DNA of 63,980 bases, the filler included, from Olpidium bornovanus S191 (Eukaryota > Fungi > Olpidiomycota): NCBI GenBank assembly GCA_017911155.1. It is 24 parts of 24 records of this genome, joined end to end, with 100 filler letters (N's around TTAATTAATTAA, not from the genome) between each part and the next. Parts side by side here need not be neighbours in the genome. Positions count along the whole stretch, not along the records: positions 10,677 to 12,288 come from JAEFCI010001855.1; positions 12,389 to 18,155 come from JAEFCI010004703.1; positions 18,256 to 19,655 come from JAEFCI010005868.1; positions 19,756 to 20,767 come from JAEFCI010012193.1; positions 20,868 to 23,285 come from JAEFCI010007283.1; 19 more parts are not named here. One strand, 5' to 3'. Shown here one piece after another: positions 10,883-22,690 of the stretch. The notes beneath the pieces were generated by a model that ran no database searches, was not told the DNA's origin, and worked only from the letters and a program-made list of their open reading frames with translations. How positions within the stretch are numbered: position 1 is the first letter of the stretch; each line of letters begins with the position of its first letter. A program made the translations under genes and the position numbers.

Positions 10883-12288
10883 ATGGCGAACCCGCGGGCC
10901 GCCGCGCTGGCGCTCAACGACTTGGACCCGGCGGTACAGGACGCCTTGCGGCCAGAGCGGTTCACGGTGAGCCCCGGGCGGCGAAACCTCGCAAAGCGCG
11001 ATCCAGGCGGCCTGCTGTGGGGCGCGCGCGCCTCGTGGAGCGACTCGCGGCAGACGTGCGCCTCGCCCACCTGCGTTCACCCCGCCTTCCCCTTCGTATT
11101 TGCCGGGCCGTAGGGGAAGTTTTCTGTGAAAGATTTTGTCGAGGCCATGTCTGCTCCGACTCTGGCGCTGACGCGGACAAACCCGAGGGGTATGCCAGAC
11201 CACGGAATTCTTGAGAACGCCAGAACTTGGCGTCCGGGGGACACAACGATGGAGGACCGCGCATCACCGATGTGCTTCGACTGGTAAAGGGAAGGATCAA
11301 GCAGCCCAGGTCCTGACCGCCGCGTTCGTGCCGTTCCTTCGTCAGAGTTCGACCCGAAGCCGTATATCCGCACTTTCGAGAGCTCGATGGAGGAGCTCCT
11401 CAGGCTCCGTCGAAAACTTCTGCGGCAGACGGACGACCTGGAGGACGCGTGCAAAGCCACGGAGAGCGGCCACAACAAGAAGCTGGTGGAGCTTAACCAC
11501 ACGTTCCAGGTTGGAGGTTGGGAGGATAGCTCCTTTTAGGTTTATCAGCACCATAGGCTCCAACCAGGGATTTGACAGATAACGTGACTCCAGGACGTTT
11601 ACCAATCTTTCGAAAACTTGGAGACGAGAATAAACGAAGTAGGGAACACAGCCATCCGAATAGGTCAGCAACTTGCGCAAGATCCGTTCAAGCGATTTTC
11701 TAGCATCTGTTTTTGGAAACCGTTCAAGAACGTGATGTCGACTGAACGGCGTTCACAGGCGAGCAACTCGAGACCATTGACAAACAGCGGTCAAGGGCCG
11801 CCGAAGCAAAAGACCTCATCGTTTTCTTTGGCGAGTTCAGCAAAGGAGGTTCCCCGCGCCTGGAGAGCATGCGAAGAGGCTCGCCGGAGGAGCAGTACAA
11901 GGGCCGAGAGTGGGAACAGATCTGAGCGTCCAACCAAACCGGTTCCGCCCGTAGTCGCTCCCAATACCAACATCGTTCTCTCCTCGATTCAGGCGGCCAC
12001 GGTTGCCCGGCGTCTGAGCACCATCGCAAGGGACGTGGACTTACCCGGCACGGAGGCGGCGCGGATTGGAATCGAAAAGTACTGCGAAGACCTGGAGCGG
12101 GACCTTCTGGCGGATTTTGATACCGCATACCGGGCAGGCAACTTTCTGGCCATGTCGGTCAGTCGTGCATGGACGTCGGCTGCTTGTAGTTACGTTATCG
12201 CGCACTGCGTCACACTTCAAGTCATTGTTCGCCCACAGCACTGTGCGAGGACGCTCCTCGAGTTCAATGGTGGCCATTCTTGCGTGCA
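10883..12288 (+). CDS. SEC10: Exocyst complex component Sec10, spliced, 3' truncated
   Basis: Exons read FSVKDFVEAMS, FDPKPYIRTFESSMEELLRL, QSFENLETRINEVGNTAIRIGQQL, IEKYCEDLERDLLADFDTAYR and HCARTLLEFNGGHSCV. Confidence 0.93.
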
Positions 12289-12388
12289 NNNNNNNNNNNN
12301 NNNNNNNNNNNNNNNNNNNNNNNNNNNNNNNNTTAATTAATTAANNNNNNNNNNNNNNNNNNNNNNNNNNNNNNNNNNNNNNNNNNNN

Positions 12389-13560
12389 CATGGAAACGCG
12401 GGCGATATCGCTGATCGTCAGGCTTGCGCGGGAATTCCCAGATCTGCGCTGCCACATCGTGCACCTGTCGGCGGGCGCCGCGCTGGACCTCGTGCGGGAG
12501 GCCAAACGCTCCGGAATCAGACTGACGGCAGAGACGTGTTTCCACTACCTTGCTTTCGACGCGGAGGAAATACCGGACGGTTGTTTATTTTGAATCTTTT
12601 GTTTTCCTCGATTCGGGTGCTTTCCGGCGTCCGTTCCGCAGCTTTTTTTTTTTTTTTTTTTTTGTCTTTATCATCGTTCGGCACGGTGGTGCTGACGCGG
12701 AGCGCGCGCGTGCCGTCGGAAAACTCGGCACAGGTGCCACGCAGTTCAAGTGCTGCCCGCCCATCCGCAGCAGGGCAAATCGTGATCTCCTCTGGGGCGC
12801 CCTGGAGGACGGCACCATCGATTACGTTGTCTCCGACCATAGCCCCTGCACCGCCGACCTGAAAATCTTTGACCAAGGCGACTTCACGAGGGCGTGGGGC
12901 GGCATCGCTTCGGTGCAGTTTGGTCTCAGCGTTTTTTGGACGGAAGCGAGGAAGAGGGGCGCCACGTGCGTGACCGCACGGGTTGGTTCGGTTTCGGTTT
13001 GCCGGGCGTTCCAACCATCGGTATCGCGAAAAGCCGCAGGATCTAAAACGGGCTGGCCCCAATGACCGCGCTCTCGTTCGATTTTCGGATATCTCGGGAA
13101 AACTAATCAACAACGACAACAACAAAAAAAAAAAAAAAAAAAAGACTGCAGGACATAACCAGGTGGCTTTCTGAGAACGCCGCCCGCCAAGTGCAGCTTG
13201 TCTGCAAAAAGGGCAGGCTGGAGCCTGGCGCAGACGCCGACTTCGTCGTCTGGGACCCGGAAGCGTCGTTCACGGTACGTCGAAAATCCGATCGATGCAA
13301 GGCTTTCGCGGTGTTCTGCGCGCGGGGCCGCCTGCCTGCCTTTAGGGCCACACCGCCGATCACGCGCACTCGGGCTTCCTTGCGCTCTCTTTTTGCAGGT
13401 GTCCAAGTCATCCATCCGTTTCCGCAATAAAATCACGCCTTACGAAGGGAAGCAGCTGTACGGCGTCGTGCACAGGACGTTCGTGCGCGGCCAGGTCGTC
13501 TTCGATGCCGACCAGAAATCGGAAGTGGAAGGCGCCGTTCTTGGCCAGCTGCTCCTGTGA
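12389..13560 (+). CDS. DAL1: Allantoinase (amidohydrolase superfamily), 5' truncated
   Basis: [81 protein letters not shown] and [14 protein letters not shown], ending in a stop at 13560. Confidence 0.95.
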
Positions 13561-14590
13561 ACATCAATTCTGTAAGTACACTATTCCAGAAAAGAATATA
13601 TATAAAAAAATTTTATATCGGGACGCAAAGAGCCGTCCTCGTCAAATGTTGCGCTCGACGAACAAGGTGCTCGCGGGTGTTGGGGACAATACGGGGCCAT
13701 ATGTTCTTTGCGAACAGAAAGTACGGCGCCCGCTCTGCTGCCTCCGAGACAGCAGACAAACTTGTGGAGATATTGGAGGACGTCGCAACGAACGAACAGA
13801 ACAAAACAGGACAAAAAAAAAATGTCGGAGAATCGAAACCACCTTCACAGCGCCGCCCACACCGCGATCAAAAACACCATTTTCTTTGAAAAAGGGGGCC
13901 GCAGCCCTAACTCCCACGAGGCCACCGGCCGGGGGCCCCGACCAGGGGCCCGCGCCCGGCATAGGCCTCCAGAAGGAAAAAAAAAAAAAAAAAAAATCCG
14001 CCGGGTTGCAAAAGCTGAAGCCGCGCGAGCGACTCCAAGCTCGAAAGGTGGAAAACCGAACCGGTGTCGCCGCATCCGGCAGCACTCAGACAAAGGATGA
14101 GCCTCCGAAGAATTCACATGAAACCGCGGCGCGGATCCTGATGGCGAGGGAGGGGGTGGGTGGGGGGGGGGGGGTGTGTGTTGGAAACGCGCGGCCCCGC
14201 GAGGGCGGCGTGGCGAGGACACGCTGTTGATGATTCCGTAACCCCGCAATGAAAATGCTACACATTTCAGATGGCTGCAGTTCTTTCGGCAATGGCTTCG
14301 GCGTGCCGGACCCCTGACAGCAAAGGCCGTCATGATCACCGGTCGTAACGTTGGCCGGGCTGGCCGTTTCATTGCCCTAATCGGAAATCCAATACTTTAG
14401 CATGGCCGGAAACTGGACTAATTCAAGGCCCAGCCCAGTCGAAGCCCCCTTTCTTTTCGTCCCCCCACGTCCCTTGGCATTTGAAACACCACTTTTGTGG
14501 CAGCTTGAGCGAAAGTTACGAGCTGCCGATAACGCCACCCGTCGGCCACACAGGCGGTACCGTAGGGAGAGGCCGGCTTGCGACACCCGC

Positions 14591-14715
14591 AATCTCGCCG
14601 TGAGATTGGACTCCCTGGGCCACACCCCCGGGCTTAGGGGCCTTACGTTGTCCCGACGTTTATCTCAAACGTTTGAGACCACGTCGGCGGCGGCTCCGGC
14701 CGACGTTCGTCGGAT
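14591..14715. other. Cluster of intergenic inverted repeats
   Basis: AATCTC-GCCGT-GAGATT (14591-14607). A perfect 16-bp palindrome TCTCAAACGTTTGAGA (14663-14678) is extended by CCGACGT/ACGTCGG arms (14653-14687). A further CCGACGTTCGTCGG hairpin lies at about 14699-14713. Confidence 0.6.
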
Positions 14716-15051
14716 CTGGTCTGCAGGTCGTTTTCGAAGTGCAGGGTATCCGAGGAGGATATTGCAACGTCCGCAGGTCATCAACTCCGGGAAGTTCTGG
14801 CCCGTCTGCTGTGATTATTTGAGCGGTATGCTACATTAAACTATGGCCATTTGATAACATACTGGATTTATGACTGTTCGAACATCCCCCTAAGGGCCTG
14901 CGTACGGCCATTGTAACGGACTTCCGTACTTATCATATGCACAAAGAGTGCAGATATATATATCATGCGCGAACGAAATCAGGTGATGGGAATATGACGT
15001 GATGGGGGAGCTAATTCAAACCTTGCGAAAACGATGCTGCCTGATGATACA

Positions 15052-16893
15052 TCAGGGGCTGCTGGAAAACAAGCCTTTTCCCACCATAAGGTATATCACA
15101 AGCGCGGCGCCGGCGAGGACGACTAGACAGATTATCAGCAAGCACCACTTGTGCCTGCGAACCTTGCGTGCCGACTCCTGCGCCCTGTCAATCTGGGCTG
15201 TCGCTTGGGTGAGGTGGGCCTCCGTTGTGTCCACGTGCTTTTCGACGCTCACGACCGTCTCGTGTTGTGCCTGAACCAGCGTCGCGACCTCCTCGTACAT
15301 CCGTGCCAGTTCCGCGATCGTGCTTTCTAGCTTCACCATATCTTGGTGCCGCGAACGCACCTCGTCCAGCGTGCGCGACGCGTCGTTGTAACGTTGGGGG
15401 TTTATTAGCTGGTCCGACGGAAATAGAGTGGCAAAAGGTGTGGAAACGGCAACGGAAAAAAAAACTTCAGCAGTTTTAAAAAGGGAAAAGCTCGGCAGCG
15501 AATGTAAAATACGTAAGCCGTACGTCAAGGCACTCACCGCCTGCGCAAAGAGGTGTCCTCCATCGTTCCTGTCGAAAAACTCGTTGACCTCTTCGGGAGA
15601 CGCGTCGGGGCGGACTACGAACGGAATATGCCTCGATCAATTGTCACCGACCACCTAAAATAGATGTGAGTCGGTCGTAAAAGAAGATACTCACCGATGC
15701 GATATTGCCGCTCCATTTTCTGGCGGATTTTCGCGCGGTGGTCCACCTCGAGCTGGCTGTACTGCTGAACAACTTCCAAGAACTTCTTGCGCAACTGCCC
15801 GTGATGGTTCCTTCTGAGAGCCAGCTCCGGCGAATTATCAGGCATCTTCGCGTTCTCTATCTCAATCGCTGCAAATTTCCAAAGCAGATAGGTTGAGGAG
15901 ATGCCCACAATGCCGAAGAACGCGAAAAGGACAAGTAGCTCTAATCCCAGCAAAACAAAGAAAATTTCAAAACTGCGCACCTTTGATCTGGTTCTTCACC
16001 TGGTTCATTCTTGCAGTCGTCTCCTCTTCCAACGCCTTAACTTTTCTCTCCTGCGCGTATTGTTGACTCTCCTCCAGCGTGTAAGACTGGTAGCGCGATA
16101 TGTCGCTGATGTTGCCATTGAGACACTCAATGTCGGCGTTGAGTTGGCCAATCTGAAGCGACGGGAGAAAAGGAAGGCGCGCGGCTCAGATTTTTATCGG
16201 CTCCACAGTCATCGCCGCCCTGGAACTTTTGTGTGTGATCCCAAAAAGAAGTGCAGAAAACACACAGGTTCGCGGGCCACGGCGAAATGCTTCCAGCCGG
16301 CCACCTCTCCAGCCACCGCGTCCGCTTCACGCAGACGCGGCCTGGTTCGGGGCCGCACACGCACGTCCCCGTGACCACTCCTGCACACAAACCTTGGCAA
16401 GGAAACCCGAGAGGTCAGTCATCTCATACGCTTCAGTTTGCGGCCCGGAGGCAACCCTCGTCTTAGTGCTGCAGGTGGACGATGCCCGTCTCGAGGAGAC
16501 CGGCAATTGCTGTTCCTGATGCCTTGGCAGACGGCTTTCATCGTTTCGAGAGTAAGCCACGGCCGTCGGTACCCGAACGTCGTATGTCCGGTCCTGCTGC
16601 TGCCGCTGCCGCTGCAGCTGGTACGGCTCGCTGCCGTGCGGGATCCCACCGTTCCCGGCGTCGCAGGCGGAGGTGTCCGCCGCGCGTCCGCCGGAACCGG
16701 GTCCCTGCGCGCCGGACTGGCCGTAGGGGCCGTTTCCGCCGCCCACATACCCGCCGCGCCCCGCACCGCCGCCGTACGCGCCGGACTCGTCACGGCCGCG
16801 ATTTCGCGGGTCGCCGCGGTTGAGCTCCGGAAATGGGTGCAGCGGAACGGGGCCCCGCTCGTCGTGCAGCTCCGCCAGCCTGTCCCTGACCAT
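15052..16893 (-). CDS. SSO1: Plasma-membrane syntaxin (Sso1/2-like t-SNARE), spliced
   Basis: N-peptide MVRDRLAEL; Habc exons (GQLRKKFLEVVQQYSQLE...KMERQYRI); SNARE motif EVRSRHQDMVKLESTIAELARMYEEVATLVQAQHETV; C-terminal TM segment KWCLLIICLVVLAGAALVIYL. Confidence 0.93.
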
Positions 16894-17600
16894 GGATAGC
16901 GCGGCTTCCGGTTTTTCCGGGGTCAACAAGATAGTAAGCTCGGGGGTGGGGTGAGGTGGGGGGGGGGGGGTTCAAGGCCGGCCTGGTTTATCCGCTTGCG
17001 AAGAAGCCTTCGGCGCGGGATGCGCGGGGGGCGGCGGTGGGTTCTGCAAGAGAATCAAGGCCGGCAGACGAAGCGGGCAAAGCGGTCTTTCCCTCGCGAG
17101 GGAGCAGTCCGCTCCTTTTCCGCCGCGCCGTCGTCGTCTGGTTCGGCGCGTTTCGGGTTGGGTGCGAGGGAGAGGGGGGCGTTTTCACTCCGACCCGGGA
17201 AGTTTAAAAAAATCTCCGCAGGAAAGGGGGGGGGGGGGGGCAGGGCGCATGCGTGCCTTTTGCTATTGAAAGACTACTTCTTTGTACGACTCATGTTTGC
17301 GGTTGAGTGGCGCGAGCCTCCGAGAAGGAAGGCCCTGTCTACTTCTGGCGTGTGTTGTTATCACGTGGCCTCCCGGGTGCTTGTAGCGCGGGCTTCAACG
17401 CTCCTCCTCACACGGAGGACACAGCAAACCCAGTAGGTTACCTGCGACGATCATGCCCGCCTGCGTGCAACTAGGCTCGTCCGTGGACATCGTCAAGTCC
17501 TCCGTGGGGCCGAGGCAGAAATGATGTTGGTCAGTCATCGCAATGCTGGCGGAGGTCGACTTGCCGGCAGCATTCGTGATGTGCAGGGGAAAAACCAGAC

Positions 17601-18035
17601 TCATCGGAGAAAAACCCCAGATGTTCCTCTTTGATGAGGAGGGTGCTTTTCTCGATGCGCGAGGCCAAGCCTTCTAATTCTCCCGTTTCCCGCAGCAAAA
17701 CAGACAATCAGCAAAGGCCAATTATTTCGACTAGTTTTTCGTAGGCAGACACTAATAGCGCCTTGAAAAAACCAGCACAGTTGTCCGCAAACGGTGTTGC
17801 GACAGTTTCGCAGCATTTGGACACAACCGGGACACAGACCACACTTCCGATTGCTAGTCACTTGCGTAGGAGCTGTTTCGACAGAATCCCTCAAAATGCA
17901 CCGCCTTCTTGTATGGCCAAATTCGCCACACAAGGTGCAACATTTGATGCTGTCTGGCACCAACGTTTGGCTCTGGCTATGTTTGTTTTGTTTTTGCATA
18001 AGCAAAAGTCTACCTTGGGCTGTGACAGCGGGCAC
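17601..18035 (-). mobile_element. CCHC zinc-knuckle ORF, probable transposon relic
   Basis: CTLCGEFGHTRRRC (CX2CX4HX4C) is followed by a second, degenerate CGLC...C knuckle. The region is lower in GC than neighbouring genes. Confidence 0.4.
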
Positions 18036-18255
18036 ACTCGGTGCGGCCGTTTGCCTTGGGAGCAGTCACTGAATTATGGCACGTGACAGGGCGCTGCGAG
18101 CACAGTTGGTGCGTCTGCTTCTTGGCGCAAGGGGGACGCCTTAACGCAGCCATGANNNNNNNNNNNNNNNNNNNNNNNNNNNNNNNNNNNNNNNNNNNNT
18201 TAATTAATTAANNNNNNNNNNNNNNNNNNNNNNNNNNNNNNNNNNNNNNNNNNNN

Positions 18256-19231
18256 AAGGAACGTTTATTCCCCAAGAGCCAGTGCCAAAATTAGTGAAAG
18301 TAAATCGTTTGCACAACTCACCACGCCCGCTTCTCCTTGTCCCGACGGCGGAAGGCAGATTGGTTTCTGTCCATGGTATTCGCCAGCGCTTGTATCCCGG
18401 ACGCATTCGCCGGTACTTTAATAAAAGGCCATTTCCTGTCCTTCCCGGGAATGACTGCTGGGCGAGTTCGTTCCAGAAAACTCGCTCACTGGTTTCCAAA
18501 CGCTGTTGGACAATCTCATTCAGGCGGCAGATCTCTGCCGACGTGTATGGGCGTCCCCGACTTAGTTCGCCTGTGTGCTGCAACTCTCTTTGTTTTTCCC
18601 TGCAGGCAGAGGCGGTCCTTGACATATTTTTTCCCACAAGTTCCCAATCGATAAGCTGTTTGCCGGAATGATACTTTTTTGTCAATGTTTTCAGCCGTTC
18701 AATTTCCAAGTTCGACCAAGTACACCACGATCTTGAGATGCGGGTTGGGTTCGCTCCACAAACTCGTTGTGATCGGTTCATACTCCAGAACTTCTGCGAT
18801 AGTGCGGCCTGACTTCGCCCCCGGAAGCTTGCGGCCAAATCTGTCCAACAAATCCTTCTGCAGGTTCTTAGGTTGGCATTAGCCATCGCGACCAGCCTCT
18901 CGGTTTCTTCCTTTGCCCAAGTTCGATATTCGCGCGTACGGGCTGGAACTACGCGATCCACGCGCACAGCGTTCTTTAAGTCCGTGCTGCGCGCGCTGCC
19001 TTCAAACACCGTAGCGGCCCTCGACGGGAGGCCGTCGGTGTGTTCCTGCCGGCATTCTGCTGCCGGAATTAGGCGAGGCCACCCGGCGGCGGCGTCGGTG
19101 GACGCCTCGCGACGACTGGCGGCGACCGCGCGGGGAAACGAGCGTCCCGTCCAGACGACGTTTCCCGGCAGGGCGGAACGCGCCCTCGGGGAAAGACGGC
19201 GTCCTGCCTCGCGCCGGAAGGCGCTCGACAT
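18256..19231 (-). CDS. Multi-repeat Myb/SANT-like protein, intronless over the visible part, 3' truncated
   Basis: Three W-spaced repeats: TWAKEETERL...CWTDLAASFRGRSQ, TWSNLEIERL...IDWELVGKNMSRTASACREK and PYTSAEICRL...FWNELAQQSFPGRTG. A fourth begins at PWTETN. The start at ATG 19231 is inferred. Confidence 0.8.
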
Positions 19232-19526
19232 TTTCGGCTTCGGACAGGCCGCCGCCGCGGCCGGTGGCCGGGGCCGGCGCGATCTGCCTGCGACAGGGAA
19301 CGGAGGGGAGCAGGCGGAGAAGGCGGCGGATGCTGCGGTGTGGCGGGCGGCTCGTTTTGCGGAACACCCTGTCGTTGTTTGTTTTGGGGGTTTCGCCCGG
19401 ACCGAGCAAGGCCCGTACGACGGGGCTGGAAATGCGGGCGGGAACGGCGAGGGAAGAAACCGGGGGGAGGGGTGGCCGCGAGAGCACAGGCGCCATAACC
19501 CGCTTGACGTCCGCGAACGAGCCCAC

Positions 19527-19557
<31 letters not shown>

Positions 19558-19755
19558 AACCAAAAGGCGCACGCCAACTCGGCGCGGACGCGAGACCTGC
19601 CAAGAACCCTCCCGGCGTAACGAGAAACCCGATGTGCTGCGACAACGGCGGCATGNNNNNNNNNNNNNNNNNNNNNNNNNNNNNNNNNNNNNNNNNNNNT
19701 TAATTAATTAANNNNNNNNNNNNNNNNNNNNNNNNNNNNNNNNNNNNNNNNNNNN

Positions 19756-20767
19756 CATGAAAGCGGAGATGGCGGTCGCCGGTAGTGGCGGATGGATTGC
19801 CATCTGGGACGCCCTGCAGGGCCAGAAGTATGAATTCTCGTTTGGATTCGGCTAGCCGGACGGCGTCTGGTTCGGTGAATGACAGAACTTAAGGACTGGC
19901 GACCAATTAGGTTCTCGGTGCGACACCAGTTGGCGCGGGATCAATTTGAGCCAGACCCTGTGAATCCTTGGATGATATGCGGTTGGGGAGCCCACCCTCG
20001 ATGCGTGCTCCTAGCGGTGAGAAACGGCGCGTGGATGGTTGACTTCCGAGTGAGTGTTCACGCTCTCGCCCGTCCGTCGTCTGTATGTTGCCGGTGTCCT
20101 TTGCTATTTGCAGCTCATCGGTTTAACAGCCAAAATGCCCTCGCGGAAGACCAGTGCTACCAGTTCCCGAGCTTCGCCAATAGCAGCCGCGGGACTCAAC
20201 TCCTTCTACGGATTGCAGCCGATCCGGGACAGCCAGTTCGAGTTCGTCGTCATCACCGACGCACAGGTCAAGCTGTATGATCAGCGCTGCCTTGCCAGGC
20301 CCCAGCTCACTTGGAACCATCACCAGGAAAGGGAGCCGCCGTCCGGAATCTGCACTTTCAGAGTGTCCTACGGCTCGAGGACATACGGTAATGCCAAGCG
20401 CGGTAAACTATTTCCTTTTGTGCAAGCCTGCCGTTCGGTGATCTCACATGCTGCCATTTTACTTCCAGACGGCATTGTTACCTGGACACGCCGATCCGCC
20501 GTACCATTGCTGTACAACTTCTCCAAGGGCGCGCCGCACTCAGATCCTCTTCCCGTCACATCTGCCCGTCCGTTCCCGGTCCCGGTCTTCCATGCTCACA
20601 AAGTTTACTGGGACGCCACCCCTGGCCTTCCTCACGAACACCCATACATGTCTTTCGGCTTGCTGGGTGGAGACGTTTGGCCATCACGTCACCCACGACT
20701 CGTCGGTCTCGCGTGCGACCCTGTTTCGGATGTCGGGAACGCGCCGATGCTGGAGCTGTGGCAGAGC
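19756..20767 (+). CDS. TAF1C/Rrn6-like beta-propeller (RNA polymerase I core factor), internal fragment
   Basis: EMAVAGSGGWIAIWD, WMICGWGAHPRCVLLAVRNGAWMVDFR and FVVITDAQVKLYDQRCLARPQLTWNH resemble the TAF1C motifs AHPRxLxVxDR and DxRxxxxPxLxWxH. Splice-like GTGAGT..GCAG junctions are present. Confidence 0.6.
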
Positions 20768-20913
20768 NNNNNNNNNNNNNNNNNNNNNNNNNNNNNNNNN
20801 NNNNNNNNNNNTTAATTAATTAANNNNNNNNNNNNNNNNNNNNNNNNNNNNNNNNNNNNNNNNNNNNCATGATCATTGCCGTAGTGAAGTTGCAAAAAAT
20901 CCTTTAAGTCGGG

Positions 20914-21260
20914 TCAGGTAGGGTCCGGTCGGTCTTCATCCTGTTGAGCATCGAGATGATTGAACCACAGTGTGGCAGGTGTGCCATCAAGCTTGGTTGC
21001 TGCCATCTCGGCCTTTGTCACGTCATCCAGAGGTTCAAGACAAAAATACCTGTCCATCTTTTGGAAAAACAGTCTCAAGGCGCTTGTCCCATCTTTCCCG
21101 TCATATCTGGGTATCTCACCAAAAATGAGGCGTAGAGAACTGGAGGACATTGTCGTGGAGTGTGCCTGTTGGCTTGTCTGTCTCGACGACGTTCTTGGTG
21201 CCGTAATTGTTGGTGAGCGTCTTGGAGAGCGGCACGCAGGGTTTCCACTTCTTCCATGGG
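20914..21260 (-). mobile_element. Ty3/gypsy gag fragment, frameshifted
   Basis: MEEVETLRAALQDAHQQL continues, in a shifted frame, as IPRYDGKDGTSALRLFFQKMDRYF...KAEMAATKLDGTPATLWF (retrotransposon gag pattern). Confidence 0.7.
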
Positions 21261-21700
21261 TGACTTGGGCGGTGGTGTGAGGGCGTCGCCGTGCAGGGCT
21301 CCTCCTGGCCGATTTGAGAAAATGGCACCTCGCCAGGGTCGACTCGCTGAGGCGGGGTCTTGTTGATCGTCAAAACGCATGACTTGGTAACGCGTTTACC
21401 CAGTCACGGGTGAGCGGCGTACGGCGTACAGTGTGCGGCGTCGGCTGCGGCGGCGGCGAGCGGCCGGTGAGCGGCGGAGCGGCCGGTGAGCAGCGGCGGC
21501 GGCGGGCTGCGGCGGCGGTAGAGCGGCAGCGGCGGCGAAGGCGGCGCTGCGGCGAGCACCGGCGAAAAAACGGCGGCTGCGGCGATGGCGCAGCGGCGGC
21601 GGCGGCGGGAAAGATGGCGGCGGCCGCGAGCTCGGAAGCCGAAGGCGGAGGCGAGCTCGGAAGCCGAAGGCGAAAGCGAGCTCGGAAGGTAATCGGCGGC

Positions 21701-21916
21701 GCGAGCTGCGGCGGCGGCCGGTGAGCTCGGAAAGATGGCGCCGGCGGAGCGCAGCGGCGGCGGTCGAAAGACGGCGGCGGCGGCTGGGCGGCGGCGAGCT
21801 GCGGCGGCGGCCGGTGAGCTCGGAAAGATGGCGCCGGCGGAGCGCAGCGGCGGCGGCCGAAAGACGGCGGCGGCGGCTGGGCGGCGGCGAGCTGCGGCGG
21901 CGGTCGGTGAGCTCGG
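21701..21916. repeat. 93-bp GC-rich tandem repeat, about 2.3 copies
   Basis: GCGAGCTGCGGCGGCGG recurs at 21701, 21794 and 21887. Confidence 0.9.
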
Positions 21917-22214
21917 AGGGAAGAGGGGGGGGGGCGTCAGGTACGAGTTGGGCTCATAACCTGTTCGTTTTTTTTTTTGTGGTTTTGCGCCCGCCCGGGG
22001 CGTTGTATTTGTTGCGGAAAAGGGGCTCTCTTCTTTCCGTCTTCCTTCTTCTCTCCTTTTGTTTGCGGTTTGACGGGCGGGAGGGAGAAGCCCCACTGCC
22101 CCTCCCGGTCTTTGGGATCTTTGATCACGTGACCGTAGAGCGCACTCTTCCGGTTCACAACAATTTCATGATGCCTTTATTGGTAGACTGCATCTCCGCA
22201 TGGCGCTTCAGCGG

Positions 22215-22545
22215 GAGCGGGGCGGCCGAAGGTGGCGTGACGGGCGGGCACCGGGGCGCGGCGACGGCGCAGTGGAAGGCTACGCGGCGGGGGCTCCCGG
22301 TGGCGCTTAGGCGGGAGCGGGGCGGCAGAAGGCAGCGCGACGGGCGGGCACCGGGGTGTGGCGACGGCGCGGCAGACGGCCCGCGCGGCGGGGGCGGAGC
22401 GGCCGAAGGGGGCGCGATGGGCGGGCACCGGGGCGCGACGACGGCGCAGCGGAAGGCCGAGCGGCGGGGGCTCCGGATGGCGCTTCGGCGGAAGCGGGGC
22501 GGGCAGAAGGCGGCGCGACGAAGCCGGTGGCGCGGCGACAGCGGG
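22215..22545. repeat. Degenerate GC-rich repeats with a GGGCGGGCACCGGGG core
   Basis: The core occurs three times (about 22241, 22341 and 22419) with similar flanks. Confidence 0.7.
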
Positions 22546-22690
22546 CGGGCGGCGGTGCGCGGTAGAGCGAAGGAGCGAAGGATGGTTCTTCCTCGGATTT
22601 GTAGAGGAACGTCGAGGTCTTTTGTATTAAGAAGAGAGAGAGATCTGGGAGGGGGGTTGATATAGAGGGTTGAGGATGCTTCACTACACA

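Noticed and set aside
12389-12392. ATG start of allantoinase (similarly for the helicase at 47238 and the TAF1C-like fragment at 19757)
   Set aside because: The ATG is part of the terminal CATG. The proteins are clearly missing their N-terminal domains.
14789-14870. RNase P RNA CR-I-like GGGAAGTTCTGG
   Set aside because: I found no properly spaced, complementary CR-V to form P4; the only candidate is about 60 nt away and pairs poorly.
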